Positions 12,423 through 24,070 of a stretch of 64,000 bases of DNA are shown piece after piece. The DNA is taken from contig NC_069005.1 in assembly GCF_001194135.2 (NCBI RefSeq), positions 22,565,699 through 22,629,698 on the forward strand, given 5' to 3'. The notes beneath the pieces are model-generated. The model ran no database searches. It was not told the DNA's origin and was given only the letters and a program-made list of their open reading frames with translations. Source of the stretch: Octopus bimaculoides (taxonomy: Eukaryota). Position 1 is the stretch's first letter. Each line of letters opens with the position of its first letter. Made by a program: the position numbers and the translations under genes.

Positions 12423-12722
12423 GTATATATGTATGTATGTATGTATGTATGGAAAAGAAATAATCTTTGGCATTAATACTTTTACTTTGGTTATTTACAA
12501 TATAAACAGAATCAAAAACTAGCCAGTTGGCTCGTCACACCCAGTGCTCCATAAACCACTGCAATTCTTACAATGTTATAACACCACCAAACTGTAAAGG
12601 AAAAAGTGAGGCAATCCCAGCTCATGCCTCAATACCGTCAGTTAATGACAGTGTGTGTGAGATACAACTACCAATAAGATTGGTTACAAGAGTTTTACTA
12701 AACAAGGTGACAAGCACTACTT

Positions 12723-12977
12723 CAGTGGTTCTCAACCAGGGTCCATATGGCCCTCAGGAGTCTATGCAAGATTTTGTTGTTTAAATTTGTGCAATAAACT
12801 GGTTAACCTTCTACACTACACAAAATATTTTAGCAAGTGTTTCATACAATTCCTAATAATATTTAATCATACAAATATAACAGGAGTTTTTAGATACTGA
12901 ATGGCTATGATTCTCCACTCAGAGTAAAATGTGAAACAAAGGGGTCCACTGGTAAAAAAAATGGTTGAGAATCACTG
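12723..12977. mobile_element. hAT MITE, family H1
   Basis: TIR cagtggttctcaacc / ggttgagaatcactg; degenerate 8-bp TSD cactactt / ctctaact. Confidence 0.8.
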
Positions 12978-13289
12978 CTCTAACTGAACAGTTTCCTTCA
13001 ACCTTGATGCAAGCTCACAATCTGACTACAGTGACATAATCCAGCCTAGTATAGAGTGATACAGTGAAACACATTGGAGAATACAGTTGAAGAGATGAGA
13101 TGTCTACACAAGCAACAATGGTCAAAACTGGACAGTCTTTTATGTGGATATTCCTGGATAATGCTAAAAAATACATGGACATGGTTGGATTGTCTTTTAT
13201 CAGAAGTCTGCTGAGAAAGGTCTGAGCTGGGAGATGCTATAGTAAGTTTTTGAGAAAGTATATTTTGTCTAAAATATTACAAGAGACTA

Positions 13290-13805
13290 TAATGTTATGG
13301 TTGAGTGATTTTTAAAAAAATATCAGCCATGGTTTATTTATTTAAAAAAAGGTAGTGATGATTGATTTAACTCTACAGCATTCAAACCAACTGTATCTAA
13401 ACCAAATATTCTACTTGTTTTATACTCAAACCAACCAGATCTCGCCTCTCACATCTACTCTACAATGTCCTTCTAAAAATAAATAATCACATCATTAAAA
13501 TTTTGAAGCTATCAGATGATTAATTCGAAATGATATTGAGTAAATAAACACTAAATTTGACAGAGTAATCTGAATGCTAAAGGGTTAATAAAAAAAATAG
13601 TAATAGTTGATGTACTTAAAACAAATAGTTATTACAAACTTGTTTTAAAAAATAGCTATGGTCAATTTACTTAAAAAAATAGTTATCGCTGACTTATTAA
13701 AACTTTCTACGGTTGATTTATTTTTTAAAAAAAGTGATGACTGATTTATTAAAATAAAAAAAAAAGTTATTGTTGATTCATTAAAAATAGCTTTGGTTGA
13801 TATCT
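13290..13805. repeat. Degenerate AT-rich minisatellite (~26-30 bp unit), split by a MITE and running into a gap
   Basis: Units like aaaaaatagctatggttgatttatt lie on both sides of the 13371-13584 MITE. Confidence 0.6.
13371..13584 (+). mobile_element. piggyBac-like MITE, family P1
   Basis: TTAA at 13367-13370 and 13585-13588; ends ctctacagcatt / aatgctaaaggg. Confidence 0.85.
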
Positions 13806-14091
13806 NNNNNNNNNNNNNNNNNNNNNNNNNNNNNNNNNNNNNNNNNNNNNNNNNNNNNNNNNNNNNNNNNNNNNNNNNNNNNNNNNNNNNNNNNNNNNNN
13901 NNNNNNNNNNNNNNNNNNNNNNNNNNNNNNNNNNNNNNNNNNNNNNNNNNNNNNNNNNNNNNNNNNNNNNNNNNNNNNNNNNNNNNNNNNNNNNNNNNNN
14001 NNNNNNNNNNNNNNNNNNNNNNNNNNNNNNNNTTTTTTGAAGTGTGGAGGAGAATTAGGAAATATTTAAAAAATGGTAAAACCTCTCTTAC

Positions 14092-14165
14092 CAAAGTGGG
14101 TTACTAGAAAATATTCGAAAAGATATGCTTACCTGCAAAATAAGGAAAAAGCATAACATTAGATA
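14092..14165 (-). other. Candidate recursive splice site (3'SS abutting 5'SS) with possible 41-nt RS-exon
   Basis: Minus strand reads tatctaat-gttatgctttttccttattttgcag|GTAAGC (junction 14133/14132), with a second donor ttg|GTAAGA after 14092. Confidence 0.4.
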
Positions 14166-14228
14166 CAGAAGAACGAAAAATGACATTTCGTAATGAAAAC
14201 ATCAAATATTTAAAACAACAACAACAAC

Positions 14229-14274
<46 letters not shown>

Positions 14275-15024
14275 TATACATATATGGTTTGTGAGCAACA
14301 CATTCCAATAGTGTGTGTGTGTGTGTGTATTGAATAGGTACCAGACTGAACAGATCAAAAATAAGAACAAGAGTTGATATGACAGACTAAAACCCTGAAA
14401 AGTGATGCCCCATCAGTTTGTAGTTCAATGACCAAAACCCATAAAAGAATAAATTAACTTAGACATTGTGCGTAAAGAGAGATTAGCTTGTCTTTCAAAT
14501 ATGCTAGATTGAAATCATGACTATGTTCAAATTTAATCTTTTTAATTTTTCATATTTCTCCATTAGTCCTTTAAGTTGGAACAATAACAGTGTGTGTGTT
14601 TGTGTGTCAGTGAGATCAAGGAGATTCACTGGTTGTTGTCTCCTCTGTATACTGCACTCAACTGTGTGATCCATCTCGAATAATTATATATAATGATGGC
14701 TAATGTTCTACAATGTCACAGAGAAAAAAAGGTAAAGACTTGGAATAGACTGATGAGAAGGACAAAGAAAGAAGGCAGGACAAGGTAGGAATGAGTGAAT
14801 GAAAGAAAGAAAGAAATGGTAATGAAGAACAAAGGAAAGAATGAATGAAGGAGGATAACAACAGAATGAATGAAGACAACAAAGGGACATAGAAATAAAA
14901 TGAAGAATAATAAAAATGGAAAAGCAAAAACTGAAGATCAAAAACAAGAGAATAAAAGAACAAAGAAATAGGGTATTTAAAAAAACAAAAGAAAGAAGGA
15001 ATGAGTAAGCAAACAAAATAAAGA

Positions 15025-15380
15025 AAACTCGCTGTGCAACCAGATGGTTTTGGGTTCAATCTCACAGTACAACACCTTGGGCAAGTGCCTTCTACTATAG
15101 ACATTGGCTGACCAAAGCCTTGTGATTGAATTTGGTAGATACAAACTGTGTGGAATCTTGTCATGCATGCCTTTTTGTGTCTGTGTTTGCTGATTCCATC
15201 ACTTGACAACTGGTGTTGGTTTGTTTACATATTTATGACTTAGCAGTTCAGCAAAAAAGACCAATAGAATAAGTACCAGACTTTTACAACAAAAAAAATA
15301 TGTATTGAGGTCAATTAAAACCCTTCAAAGCAATGCTCTAGCATGGCCACATTCTAATGACTGAAGCAAGTAAATGATAA
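15025..15380 (+). mobile_element. SINE-A
   Basis: ggttcaatctcacagtacaacaccttgggcaagtgcc...gaataagtaccag...gcatggccacattctaatgactgaagcaag. Confidence 0.8.
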
Positions 15381-15931
15381 GAACAACAAAAGACAATATA
15401 CGTAAATAATACCAAAAAATAAACTGTCCTGAATAAGTTGCAAAAACAGGAAGAAAACCTCAATCAAACTTCACTCTATTGTTGTAAAACAAATCACACT
15501 GGACAATACAGTCAGGGGTTCAATACAACAGCATGATCCTGACTGGAATACCTTTGAACATAGGTATTCTGCTTGGTCAGGGCTGACCTGGGGCTAAACA
15601 ACAGTGACCAAAATAGGAATGGGATGGGGGGATACTGATTTTAGAAATCATGCATTGTTGATGTTATTTAGTGACAGACCAGCTGTGACTATCCAATGTA
15701 GGTGTATCTAGGAATACATTGTCTAATGTGTTATTTGTTGCTGTTAATAAGTCCCCAGTTCAGCCCCAACCCAAAATTACACATGTTTCAAGGTAAAAAA
15801 AAGTAGAGTAAATGATAGAATACGAAGTAAATTTTTCCCTAAGTATTTCAATTAATTTTTATTTTAATAAAAATTTTGAAATATCTCTAACTGTATATAT
15901 TACAGGTAGAAGGCAAAAAAGAAACAACCAG

Positions 15932-16062
15932 TCCTGATATATATACACAACAGGTTTATCCCAGTTTGCATCTACGAAATCCACTTACAAAGCTTTGGTC
16001 AGCCTGGAGCTGGAGTAAAAGACACCAGCCCAAGGTGCCACAAGGTAGGGCTGAACTCAAAA

Positions 16063-16107
<45 letters not shown>

Positions 16108-16285
16108 TTTGTATTTGTCCCCTACAGCCACTTAACAATCAGTGTTTATGTGTTTATATTCCCATAACTTAGTGATTCAGCAAAAGAGTTTGATTAAGTA
16201 CCAAACTTAAAAAGGAACTAAGTACTGAGGTCAATTAGTTGACTAAAATGCCTCAAGATGGTGCTCCAGCATGGCCACAGTCTAA
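15932..16285. mobile_element. SINE-A with inverted 5' half
   Basis: 15932-16064 is the head/CORE in minus orientation; 16065-16285 is (GT)n plus tail in plus orientation. Confidence 0.7.
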
Positions 16286-17110
16286 AAACAAAGCTAATTA
16301 TACCAGTTAACTACTGCTTCTATACAGACACTGACCTGCTACATAACAACAGATAACTTGCAGTGAATTGCTACCCAGCAAATAGATAAGCTCTGCAAAG
16401 CAAAGCAGTAAGATATGAGACTCAGAGAACATGACTGATGAATCACCAATCACATTGGTTCATTACAGCCAACCACTGAATTATTAACTGACCCAAACGA
16501 TACAAGAAACTTAATGGTACTTTCAGTATCAGTTGTCATGATGCAAATATCCGGTAAGAAATAATTCCTTTCAATCAGATTATAAATATTAATTAATCAT
16601 GTCCACTAAGAGTCTCAGGGGTACTTGCCATCTGAAAGGTTTGACCATTTCCCCAACACATAATTTTGAAATAAACTTTCAGTTTCAAAGAAAATATTCT
16701 TTCAGTCTCATTTTATTGCCAACTTTTTGTCAGCAGCTAATGCCAACTTTTGGTGAGTTACATTCTTTTGCTTTCTGAATAGTTAAACCAAAAGATTACT
16801 GTATTTGAGCACATAGTCATATATCACATCTGTTCACACAGAGAATGTCTTTAATTTAATCCTTGTCAGAACCAGCAGGGTAGATTTTATTGTCAATTCT
16901 GTAGTGTAATGTTGGCATGTCAGTTTACACAAAGAATGTGAATCCAATCCTAACTGGAATCTGTTGGATAAATTTTGCCAAGTGCAGGTATGGTTGCATG
17001 ATGAAGAAGATTGCTTCTCAACAATGTGGTTCCAAGTCCAGTTCTGATTGAAGCCTTGTGAGTGAATTTGATAGATGGAAACTGAAAGAAGCGTCCTGTA
17101 CCCATATAAG

Positions 17111-17152
<42 letters not shown>

Positions 17153-17229
17153 AGGCCATGCTACTCAGAAGGTGCAATGTTAGAATGCCAAACCACAGCA
17201 AAAAAAAAAAAAAAGAGCTAAAAAGAAAA

Positions 17230-17455
17230 AAACTGGGTAAGAAAGAATCAGATGTAACATGCAAGAGAGGCATATGGACATGTGACATATTTGAAAAATG
17301 AGAGTTGAATAAAGAAGTGCTAAATTATTGAAGTGGATGAAAACTTCAAGAGAGAATAACTGAAAAAGATATGAGAAGTCATGAAAGTTTATTTCAGGAT
17401 GTTGAACATCACAAAGAAAATGATTAAAGACTGCAACAAGTAGTAAACTGGTATA
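17230..17455 (+). mobile_element. Old, degraded RTE reverse transcriptase C-terminal fragment
   Basis: gaatcagatgtaacatgcaagagaggcatatggacatgtg aligns by eye with the ERRLRWYGHV region at 4215-4250; remnants ...EVMKV.FRMLNITKKMIKDCNK. Confidence 0.5.
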
Positions 17456-17483
17456 CAAGTGTGTGTGTGTGTGTGTGTGTGTG

Positions 17484-17529
<46 letters not shown>

Positions 17530-17924
17530 ATGTCTAAATCTGCAATAATCAACACACACACATAATGGAAGTGTACAGAATTTGGAAAAGTATGTATGGA
17601 GGATTAAAGTTTCCTATTACTATTAACATACTTAATCTATGCTGAACCAGATAAAACCAGGTTATTAAGTATATAAGTGTAATCTGTATACATACTTAAC
17701 CTTGAAACTTGAAAATCCTAGTCATGATACAAGTGGTATTTTTTTTGTTGCACATGTATGCATGTGTGTGCTTACTTGTTTGAAGCTCAGGTTTCAAATA
17801 CTCCTTTGCTACTCCAAATGTCCTGTTATTGTCACATTTCTAAGACTGTGACCCTATCTGAGAAGCATTGAAGAACTAACAGGAAACTCGGAGCAATAAC
17901 AGTGAAGCCTTAACTCAAATACAC

Positions 17925-18632
17925 TCAACATTTCCCAACTGAGGTTCCACGAGAAGTCACTAGGGGTTCTGTGAGAAATAGTGATGAATAAGCTAATCAT
18001 ATACTAATATATTCTGGAGTCATATTTTGTGTTTAATTTTATTTATGCACATGGCATATTCCCTAAGATAAGAAAATTCCAGCATCTGTAGATAGCAAGG
18101 TAACCTTACAGAGAAGTGACTTCTTAACAGGGTGTAGGGGAATTTGGCCCAATCAAGGTCTAGATTAATGCAAATCTTCTTTGTGTCATCTAATGAATTT
18201 AGTGCTGCCAAACTTTTTGAAGACAGTTTTAAGATTTGTTTCATCGCTTGCAAAAATTGACTTTATGAAAAGTAAAGGAAAAAATTAAAGAAGGTAGATG
18301 GTGCCTTAGCATAGCCACAGTTTATAGCCACAGTCTATAGCCACAGTCTATAGCCACAGTCTATAGCCACAGTCTATAGCCACAGTCTAATGACTGAAGC
18401 AAGTAAAACAAAAAATATGGCTGTAAAAACCATACCCCAAAAAAAAAAAAAAAAAGACACTGGAACACAATGCAATCCTTGGACTCATTGGATTCTTATT
18501 AAATCAACCAACTTATGACAGTATAGAATACAGATGCTAAATGATGATGATGATAGCCAATAACTATGCAGGTGTTCCCCGGAACATAGTGTTTCAAAGT
18601 TTCCCCACAAGTGAAAAGGTTGAAAAATACTA
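17925..18632. mobile_element. Probable degraded hAT non-autonomous element with nested SINE-A and RTE tails
   Basis: Left end caacatttcccaactgaggttcc; right end ggttgaaaaatact. No clean TSD. Confidence 0.35.
18311..18388 (+). repeat. 13-bp minisatellite (atagccacagtct) x6 inside a SINE-A tail
   Basis: Five identical units plus one with a single mismatch, flanked by gatggtgccttagc and aatgactgaagcaagtaaaac. Confidence 0.95.
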
Positions 18633-18944
18633 ATGTAGAGGATATCTTGTTGGCTCAAGCAGAATTATTTGTTTATAAAATTATTAGAGTAGTATTAATT
18701 ATTTAGTATAGTGAAATAAGAGTATTTGGATCTAGACATTTGGTTAAGTAGCTTAACATCCGAAGTATTGTGTCATTTCAGAGATTTTTTTAATCATTAT
18801 TATCTTTTAGTTTTGATTTTAGCTTTGATTTAAAACCCTTCAAAACATATCACTTTAGGGACACAGTAGCATATCACTTAGAGCAAACTGTAGTACAACT
18901 ATTAACATTAAATGATTTTAGAAAAGGATCAAGCTACCGTTTAA

Positions 18945-19163
18945 CCCTTTAGCATTTAAACCAGCCATATTCAGTTAAAATATTCTAACTGCTTTTCGTT
19001 CAAACTGGCCAGATTTGGTTTCTCATACCTTACTCTACAGTGTTATTCTAGAACTAAACAATCGCATCATCAGAATCTTATAGCTATGAGATATTGTATG
19101 ATAAATGCAAAACAATAAATAAACAAGCATTGCTTTTCACAGAGTGATCTAAATGCTAAAGGG
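18945..19163 (+). mobile_element. piggyBac-like MITE, family P1
   Basis: TTAA|ccctttagcattt ... aaatgctaaaggg|TTAA; TSDs at 18941-18944 and 19164-19167. Confidence 0.92.
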
Positions 19164-19214
19164 TTAAACAGCTGTAAAATTATATAGTTTTTTCTTCTTT
19201 CTTTTTTTTTTAAG

Positions 19215-19436
19215 TTCTTTAGCATTTAAACTGACCATATCCGGCCAAAATATTCTGCCTCTTTTATGTTCAAACTGGCCAAGTCCACCAACATCTCACA
19301 TTTGCCCTGCTATGTCATTCTAAAAATTAAAAATCACATCATCGAAATCTTGAAACCACAAGATATTGCATGATCAGTTCAAAACACTGAATAAAATAAG
19401 CATTACATGTGATGGAGTAATATGAATGTTGAAGGG
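19215..19436 (+). mobile_element. piggyBac-like MITE, family P1, ~50 bp after the previous copy
   Basis: ttctttagcatttaaactgacc ... gaatgttgaaggg|TTAA. Confidence 0.85.
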
Positions 19437-19959
19437 TTAATTAGAATTACTACCAACATCTTCAACAAAATACTGCTTAGTTCCATTAATTCAAACAAGG
19501 AAGACTACTCAACAAACACTCTTATTCTGTGTATTTGAATACTCAGTATAAACCAAAAATGGGAGATGTTGCTAAGACATGCAACACTAGCAAAACAGTG
19601 GTGCATTCTCGGGGCACATTTATCAGTCATCTTAGCAAACTAGCTGAGTAGGTTTACATAACGGCATCACACACAACACTACACACTGCTCAAAAGAGGT
19701 GCTCAATAACACCTATATATTGTCTGTTATTACATGTGTTAGTAAACTGAATCACATCCTCATAGGTAAAATGCTTTGTATGATTGTCTAATGTCAGTTA
19801 CATAAAACATTTTGCCTAAGAGAAAATAATCAGGTTTACCAACAAAGAATTATACAAGTATGCATAATAAACCACTGACTTTTATATTACATAACACCAA
19901 CATATTTATGGATTAACTATTTTAGGTTGTGTGTGTGTGAGGGAGAGAGAGAGTGAAGA

Positions 19960-20250
19960 CACATGGCTTAGTGGTTAGGTTATTTGGCTTATGATCATAT
20001 GGTTGTGAGTTTGATTCCTGGCGGCATGTTGTGTCCTTGAGCAAGGCACTTTATTTCACATTGCTCCTGTACATTCAGCAGGCAAAAGTGAGTAATGACT
20101 GTAATTCAAAAGGCCAGCCCTGTTACATTCTGTGTCACGCTGAGTCTGAGAACTACATTAAGGGTACACATGTCTGTGGAGTGCTCAGCCACTTGCACAT
20201 TAATTTCACAAGCAGGCTGTTTCATTGAACAGATCAACTGGAACCCTTGT
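19960..20250 (+). mobile_element. SINE-C (tRNA head, CORE-like block, conserved 3' body)
   Basis: A-box tggcttagtgg; B-box gagtttgattcc; gttgtgtccttgagcaaggcac; 3' body aagggtacacatgtctgtggagtgctcagcc...gatcaactggaaccc. Confidence 0.85.
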
Positions 20251-20376
20251 CGTAACTGACAGAGACTCAGTGTGTGTGTGTGTGTATGCGTGTGCATGTA
20301 CACACATAGAAATGTGGAATTAATTGCTGTAGATATGGCATTAAGTGCAAGAGAAAGGTTATGCATTACACAACAA

Positions 20377-20423
<47 letters not shown>

Positions 20424-20694
20424 TGTATCACCACCATCATAGTTTTAGTGTCTACTTTTCTGTGCTTATACAGGTCAGATGGGAATGTATTAGGGCAGAA
20501 TTTTCTAGGGCTGATGCCCTTTCGGTCATCAACCTCCACTTGTTTCCAAAGTAATAACCCCGTTAGTCGATTGATCAACAAACAGCTGAGACATGTTCAC
20601 ATAGAGAACTAGAATGAGCCTTTTGTTTATAAAGACTGCAGAAGAAGGAAACACGTACTCAAATACACACATATGTACATATATGTATATACAT

Positions 20695-20852
20695 GACAGG
20701 CTCCTTTCAATTTCCATCTAGCAAATCCAGTGAAAGGCTTTGATCAGCCTGGGGCAATAGTAGAAGACACTTGACCAAAGTGCCACACAGTGGGACTGAA
20801 CCCAAAACCATGTGGTAGGGAAATGAACTTCTTACCACACAGCCATTCCTGC
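20695..20852 (-). mobile_element. SINE-A head
   Basis: gtagaagacacttgaccaaagtgccacacagtgggactgaacccaaaaccatgtgg. Confidence 0.8.
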
Positions 20853-21044
20853 ATCAATATAATCTAAAGTCTCTGAAATAATGGAGAGGAGAAGTAATAT
20901 CACCACTGGACTGTTAATCCTTATGCTCAAGCTCTGTGGTGTGCTACATAACCATTTCCATTTACCACCAAATCTACAAACATATACATTTATATACACA
21001 TACTTACTGGCACCTTGCTGTACTCAAGAAGACCCCTCCACCAC

Positions 21045-21237
21045 AGTAGAAGTGATACCAATACTGATGCCACATAAAAAAGCACCCAGTACATTCTGTG
21101 GAGTGGTTAGCATTAGGAAGGGCATCCAGCCATAGAAACCATCTCAGAACAGACAATGGAGCCTGGTGCAGCCCCTGGCTTTACTAGCACTGTCAAACCA
21201 TCCAACCCATACCAGCATGGAAAATGGACATTAAATG

Positions 21238-21240
<3 letters not shown>
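21045..21240 (+). mobile_element. RTE 3' UTR
   Basis: gccacataaaaaagcacccagtac...ggaagggcatccagccatagaa...ggacattaaatga. Confidence 0.8.
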
Positions 21241-21275
<35 letters not shown>

Positions 21276-21964
21276 CTCCACATACACAGCATGCAGTGCT
21301 CTGACTGTAACAAAACTAGGTCAAAATTACCATCCTATGTTGTGAGATCCCCACATGTTCACCTTCTATGATGTTATTAACAGCAGTAATTATTATTTCA
21401 GATCAAGGTTAAATATATACATTGTGATATAGAATTCATTCAAAATCAAGAGATTGTTACTAAACAAGTCTAATGATATGTTCCCGTCTTGTTTAGTCAC
21501 AAGGCAATGACCCTGATTGATTAGACCTATGATTAAAGATATTTTCAGTCATGACCAACCCATTTTTTTTTTCTTACCAGCCTACTTCATATAAGTCTTA
21601 CACAGACTACCTTATCCAATGTACTCCTTTTTCATTAAGATACTTGGGTGCATATTTAAGAGTAATTTGACAGCTATTTCTAGCAGACTGAACAACCATA
21701 TAGATTAAGGGTTGACAAACTAGGTAAAATTTACTCCTTTGGAGACAAAGCAGGCCCACAGAAAACACCTATTGTGTGCCTTTTGTTGACACCGGTGCCT
21801 TCTACTTCCCAACCGCATGGTTTTAAGTTCAGTCCACTGTGATACCATGAGTGTCACACAAAGTCTTGTAAGTAGATTTGGCAGACGNNNNNNNNNNTGA
21901 ATAAATGAATGTAAACATAAGGTCAAGAGAAATGTTAAATCTTATCTTAGCAAGGACATGACCA

Positions 21965-22190
21965 CCTCTCCAATGTTGGTACCAGGCACCAATACTGGGG
22001 AGGTGCATGCAGTACATTCTGTAAAATGCATCCAGTGCATGGTGTAAAGCAGTTGGTGTGAAGAAAGGCATCCAGCCACAGAAACCGCATCAAATGAAAA
22101 TAGATGAAAGTGGAATGATCCCCTAACCATGACTAGTAATTCATACAACCCATGCCAGCATGGAAAAATGATTTATGATCATGATGATGT
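21965..22190 (+). mobile_element. RTE 3' UTR
   Basis: gaaaggcatccagccacagaaacc...caacccatgccagcatggaaaa...atgatgatg. Confidence 0.7.
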
Positions 22191-23154
22191 TGGTGTGCGT
22201 GTACATACACAAAGTACAGAGAGAGAGAGAGAATTATAGAAGAGTAGATATAGGAAGAGGAGGAAATAAATCTAAGGAGTAGAAGATAAAAGCTTTACAG
22301 CTTTATAACAAATGATTTCACCTTAAGCAGATGGATTAAAGCATCAAAGCTGACATGTCATAATTAGCACTAAAGCCACTGTTCAGCAACACATCTTTTA
22401 TATCACCAATGCACTTCCTCACATGAATATTACAATGACATTTTTATTTTCACCTTGTTTCGTAAAGTCCTCCAGTTATTTGTTTAACCACAGGACATTC
22501 CTGTTCCAACAAACTTATGATTAAAGACATTCATGCCATCACCATCCAGTTTTTTTAAATGGTAGGGTGCAGTTTGAGAGAGATATGGTTGCTATTTTTA
22601 ACAGGTCAAATGACCATACAGAGGATTCTTTATAAAACAAGATCATAAAACAACCAGTTTTTGTGAGATGTTAATACTAGATATTTGTAAATCAGGATAT
22701 TTCATGACTAAGATCACACAGCCAAGAAAACATCGGGTCTTTATATCCCCAGGCATTAACCTTGCTCTGTTAAAAATACCTCCAGTCTGAGTGAGATGTA
22801 AACACCAAGTATTTTATAAATCATGTCCTTCAGAGAAAAGGTCACAGCCTAGAAAACTTTACTACTAACTATTGATCTCAAGTTAGTACAGTAAAGGGCA
22901 AGAGGCGTCTGATAGCGGAAATTGGTAGTGTCACAAGGATGGGAAGAATTGAGAAAATCCGAGAGCAATGTTCAGGGGAGGGAGGAAAGAGAATAGCAGA
23001 AAATGTTTTGTGATTTTAGTCTTTAGTTATTAAGTATCAGGATATTGACAGTAATTCAACTGTCATCCTTCTCTGATGTAAAACTTCACTCTGAGTCACG
23101 GTCAGCTGAAACCAAGATAGTCGTTTCTCATTTGGTGATGCAATATCTATGTTT

Positions 23155-23372
23155 TAAATTTTGGTACAGGGCCAGTGAGTTTGTGGGAGGGGGCAAGTTG
23201 ATTACATTGACCGCAGTGTCCAGCGGACACTTATTTTATCAACCCTGAAGTGATGAAAGGCAAAGTTGACCTTGGTGGAATTTGAACTCAGAATATGAAG
23301 ACAGACAAAATGCCGCTAAGGCATTTTGCCCAACATGCTAACTATTCCACCAGCTCAACACCTTAGATGCAT
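23155..23372 (-). mobile_element. SINE-B
   Basis: ggtacagggcc...gaaaggcaaagttgaccttggtggaatttgaactcagaa...ccagctcaacacc. Confidence 0.85.
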
Positions 23373-23818
23373 TATTACATTAACAACAATCTTGACCAGG
23401 AATCTATGAAGCAGTTTCAGTTATATTTAAACACATAACCAGAAATATTTCCAGTATTTAGCCAAACTGAACAGGGTGCCATAGAACAAAAGGAAGCTAT
23501 TCAGAGCTGACAGTTTGGAATCTTACTTGAAGTCAGTCTAATTCACTTACTCCACCAATTACTCTTGGAAAAACAATGTGAATGAACACCAGTTGGACAT
23601 AGTGCTTTGGTGAGTCTCAAAGTCACAACTACATGTCATCAAAACCGTTTTTGACAGTCAATCCAATGATTTAAATGAAATCTATAATCTAGGAGATCAA
23701 CTTCAAATTATGTGACTTGATAAGTTATACTTGGTAAGTTGGTTCATAAAGCAAATACTGATACAAGTACAATACATCTGCCTGTTTCACTTGCCCTTTT
23801 CTCTTCTTGTAACTAGAT

Positions 23819-24070
23819 CAGTGGTTCTCAACCAGGGTCCATATGATCTTTGGGGGGTCTGTATAATAATTTTGTTGTTAAAGTTTATGAGTAATAAATT
23901 GATTACACTTCTACAATACCCAACATGTTTTAATGTTTGTTTAATACAATTCCTAACAATTTTTATTTATAAAAATATAATAGGATTATGTTTTTTTAAC
24001 ATGGAAGTCCAGTAGAGCAAAATAGGAATCAAAGGGATTCATAGGTAAAAAAGATGGTTGAGAACCATTG
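23819..24070. mobile_element. hAT MITE, family H1
   Basis: TIR cagtggttctcaacc / ggttgagaaccattg; TSD aactagat / aatgagat (6 of 8); same internal sequence as 12723-12977. Confidence 0.85.

Noticed and set aside
14700-15209. 169-aa hydrophobic ORF resembling a membrane protein
   Set aside because: Antisense of purine-rich low-complexity DNA fused to a SINE-A.
18311-18388. CRISPR-like array (also 1200-1385 and 4452-4765)
   Set aside because: No unique spacers, no cas genes, eukaryotic context; these are tandem repeats inside retroelements.
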